Assembly (NCBI RefSeq): GCF_018350175.1
Contig: NC_058368.1
Location: 229,650,001 to 229,714,000, forward strand
Length of the DNA stretch: 64,000 nt
Direction of reading: 5' to 3'
Source: Felis catus
Lineage: Eukaryota
Shown: piece after piece, positions 61,067-64,000 of the stretch
How the letters are laid out: the number at the start of each line of letters is the position of its first letter
Numbering within the stretch: position 1 is the first letter of the stretch
The notes under the pieces: model-generated
The model's input: the letters and a program-made list of their open reading frames with translations, nothing else
The model's database searches: none
Told to the model about the DNA's origin: nothing
Position numbers and translations under genes: made by a program

Positions 61067-61799
61067 CTTAAATTTTATTTATTAAAATAAACTTGTGCCT
61101 TGCTAGTTCTCCAGTGGGCATTATATAGGGGTACATTTTTGCCATTCATTGTCCACTGGTATTAAAGACTGTAGAAATCTCTTCTGAAAAATACTGTGTC
61201 AGTGCTCATTTTCAATTATTGTGACTAGTTTCCCAATGTATATTGGAACCATAAAACTGAATCAGACCTAAAAATAAATTTGTGTGAGGAAAAAAATCTA
61301 TTTATAAACTGTTGTAGTTTTATAGACCTTGGTTTAGTATCCATGTTAGCAATAAAAGTCTGTCAAATATTTCCTTTGCTTTCAGTAATCACATTTGCTA
61401 TAGAATTGAGAGCAAAAGTACAATACTAACTCATTTACAATTTGTTCCAAGCGTTCCTGTTGATTGTGTGTCTTTTCGATGTAATTTATACTAATCAAAA
61501 GATACAAACATTTAACAGCTTTTCTTTTCCTGGTTGGATTTTTTTCACCTAACTCAAAGCACAATGAAGTCTATTTTTTAAAAAAAGACTCCCTCACACA
61601 ATAATTTTTTAAATTATTAAATGTGATCTAATTTTCACTGTATACCAAGTTCAAATGTATGAATGTAAAGGATGATCTTCCGGATTTTGCCAAAGTTTTG
61701 ATCATCTTGAAATCCTTATTCCCAAGCTAATTTAGATTGACAGGATATGGAAGGCCACAAACACATTAGGATCTAGTAAATAATCCCTTGATAATGATG

Positions 61800-62015
61800 G
61801 TGATAATGCTATTGATAATTTTTAATACAAGTTAAAGTGCACTTAGCATACAGCACAGTTGAAAGCACTTGAGTCTTTGAATCCTCCCCCCATGATGTGA
61901 TGGAATAGATACCTACTGCTATTCTCTGAAACATGAGGAAACGGAAGGTCAGCAAGATTTGTTAGTAAGCTGCCTCTGGTCATGCAGCTGGTCTCTATAG
62001 TGGAGCCCAGATTTC
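61800..62015 (-). mobile_element. MIR relic
   Basis: atgaggaaacggaaggtcagcaagatttgttagtaagctgcctctggtcatgcagctggt resembles the MIR core. Confidence 0.6.
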
Positions 62016-63204
62016 TTTCTGTGTAATAGTAGAATTAAAGGTAATACTTGATGTATCTATTGTGAAGCACATGTGTCTGTAATAATTTCAGCCTCACAAA
62101 AACATGTAAGTTTGATGAGGTATTATAAAAGTCAGGGATGTTAGGTTCAGTTTGAATAAGTTTGCTACCCACGGGTATCAAAAGGCTCATTCAGAATTAG
62201 AACATCTGTCATCTCTGTAGTTGACTTCAGCTAGTTTATGTTACGTTTAAAAGAAAGATCCTCATGGAATGGGGTCAGGAGAACTGGCATATTTGTACTC
62301 ATTTTATCACTTACTTAATGGTTCCGATGACCTTGGGGCTTTCACATCTAAGAAGCTCACTTAATTTCTCCATTATTTAAAACACACGTACAAAACACAC
62401 ACGCATGAGCACGCGCACACAGTCTTTCCTAAAGTTACTTTCCAGTCGCAAACACTTTTTATTTGTATCAAAATCTGTGAGATGTCTTTACAAATGGTAA
62501 CAAAGTCACAAGATAATTTCTGATCATGTAATACCCGTGAAGTAAATAATTTAAGATTTCTTTGAATTATTGAATCTTTATGCTTGTTATTTGCTTTCAA
62601 GAGCAACCTGTTGCATAAGAAATGCAAAATATAATCTAATTATAACATGAAATTCCTACAGGTGTGCTGTGATGTTTTCATTTTCAACATAAACATCTCC
62701 TGACACAGGAACAGAATTTTTCTTTCCTTTTTTTGTTTTTGTGTTTAGAATTTTTCTTTTAATTTTAAGTCACCCATTTACTCTCTCATTGTCCAGGAGA
62801 ATCATTAACCATAGTAAAGTCGTGGCTTATAGAAATAATTTTGAAATTTTGGGTTGCAATTCCCTAATGATAATTGTTGATATAAAACCACAATCGTTTC
62901 CAATTTTGTAACACAGCTCCTTCATGTACCACCTTTCCTTCTACTTCTCAGGGACCTACCTATATTAGACCTTCCCCACTGCTGCTCGCCGGGGAGAGGG
63001 TGTTTCCATGGGGAAGCAGCTCGAGCACCGACCAAGGCTGCTCTTGGCACAATCTGGATCTCGATCTTGGGAATGTTCACTGGGAAGAAGTGCGATAGAA
63101 GAAGTAAGGGGCAATTTAAGGGAATCACTGCTACCTAGGCCATAGATAGCAATCCTGCTTTAACCTAGGGCCACTGAGTTTTGCTTTTGGCAGCCACGGT
63201 GTCA

Positions 63205-63765
63205 TACTATTTTGTACATAGCTTTATCAAGATATGATTGGCAAACCATAAAATATACCCATTAAAATACACGGTTCAATGGTTTTTTAATATATTGAAA
63301 ATTCCATCACCTCAAAAGGAAACCTTGTAGCAGTCACTTCGCATTACCTTTCCCTACACCCACTTTAGGCAGCGCTAATCCACATTCTGTCTTTCTGGAG
63401 TGGCCTGTTTTTTTGTTCCATTTTAAATAAATGGAATCATACAACATGTGGTCTTCCCTGTCTGGCTTGTTTCACCTAACATGTGATTGTGATTCATCTA
63501 TGTTGTGACAGGTATCAGCCCTTCATTCCCTCTCATTGCTGATTAATATTCTGTTGTATGCATAGACTACATTTTGGTTCCCATTTGATGGGCATCGGGT
63601 ATGTCCACTTTTTAATTATAATGAATAATGCTAGTTTTAATATTTATATACAGGTCTTTATGTAGACACATATTTTCATTTCTCTTGCATACCCAAGAGT
63701 TGGTCCTCTTACCTAGAGTCCTAGGCCCCTGGGTTGAATTGTCAGATCACACGGTAGGTCTGTCA
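63205..63765 (-). mobile_element. Old L1M 3' end
   Basis: atagctttatcaagatatgatt...ataaatggaatcatacaacatgtggtctt...ttttcatttctcttg. Confidence 0.8.
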
Positions 63766-64000
63766 CTATCTATCACATGCAAGAAATGTATGTGTGTGTG
63801 TGTCTGTATGTGTGTGTATACCATGTGCAGGGGAGTAGTACCCATGGATGTAATGGATTGTTTCATGAGATAAAAGGAATAGAAGAGAAATCAGTGGAAA
63901 TTAAATATAAATGTAGTCTGACACTTCAGCAACAAATACGTTTATTTGATATTTCTTTACACACAAAATAGGCTTCTAAGTATGTCATTTAAGCCTGTAA

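Noticed and set aside
1..64000. CRISPR array, tRNA genes, or a prokaryotic-type novel system
   Set aside because: The recurrent ~200-bp repeats are dispersed SINEs whose tRNA-like heads are not tRNA genes. There is no repeat-spacer array or operon-like ORF cluster.

Overview
This is repeat-dense, AT-rich mammalian DNA, almost certainly felid: about 35 tRNA-derived Can-SINEs, most of the cat SINEC_Fc type, plus carnivore L1s. I see no recognisable protein-coding exon, RNA gene, CRISPR array or prokaryotic system, so it reads as intergenic or deep-intronic sequence. Most longer ORFs in the track lie in repeats. Main contents: (1) a decayed class I ERV provirus at ~52.0-57.6 kb with two LTRs, RT/RNase H/IN and env-TM remnants, and gag-pro deleted; (2) a young 5'-inverted (twin-primed) L1 with a perfect TSD at 12.5-13.9 kb, nested in an old LTR, and a second older twin-primed L1 at 41.2-41.6 kb; (3) a Tigger-like DNA transposon inside an old L1; (4) solo LTRs (MaLR, MER21-like, ERV1, ERVL), hAT/MIR/L2 relics and microsatellites. 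I found no evidence of a novel biological system. The most interesting items are retrotransposition footprints (a probable SINE 3' read-through, TSD-seeded microsatellites, nested insertions), a CpG palindrome carrying an NRF1 motif, and one weak spliced-exon candidate. Repeat family names come from recalled resemblance and need Dfam/RepeatMasker confirmation. Boundaries of old elements are approximate.
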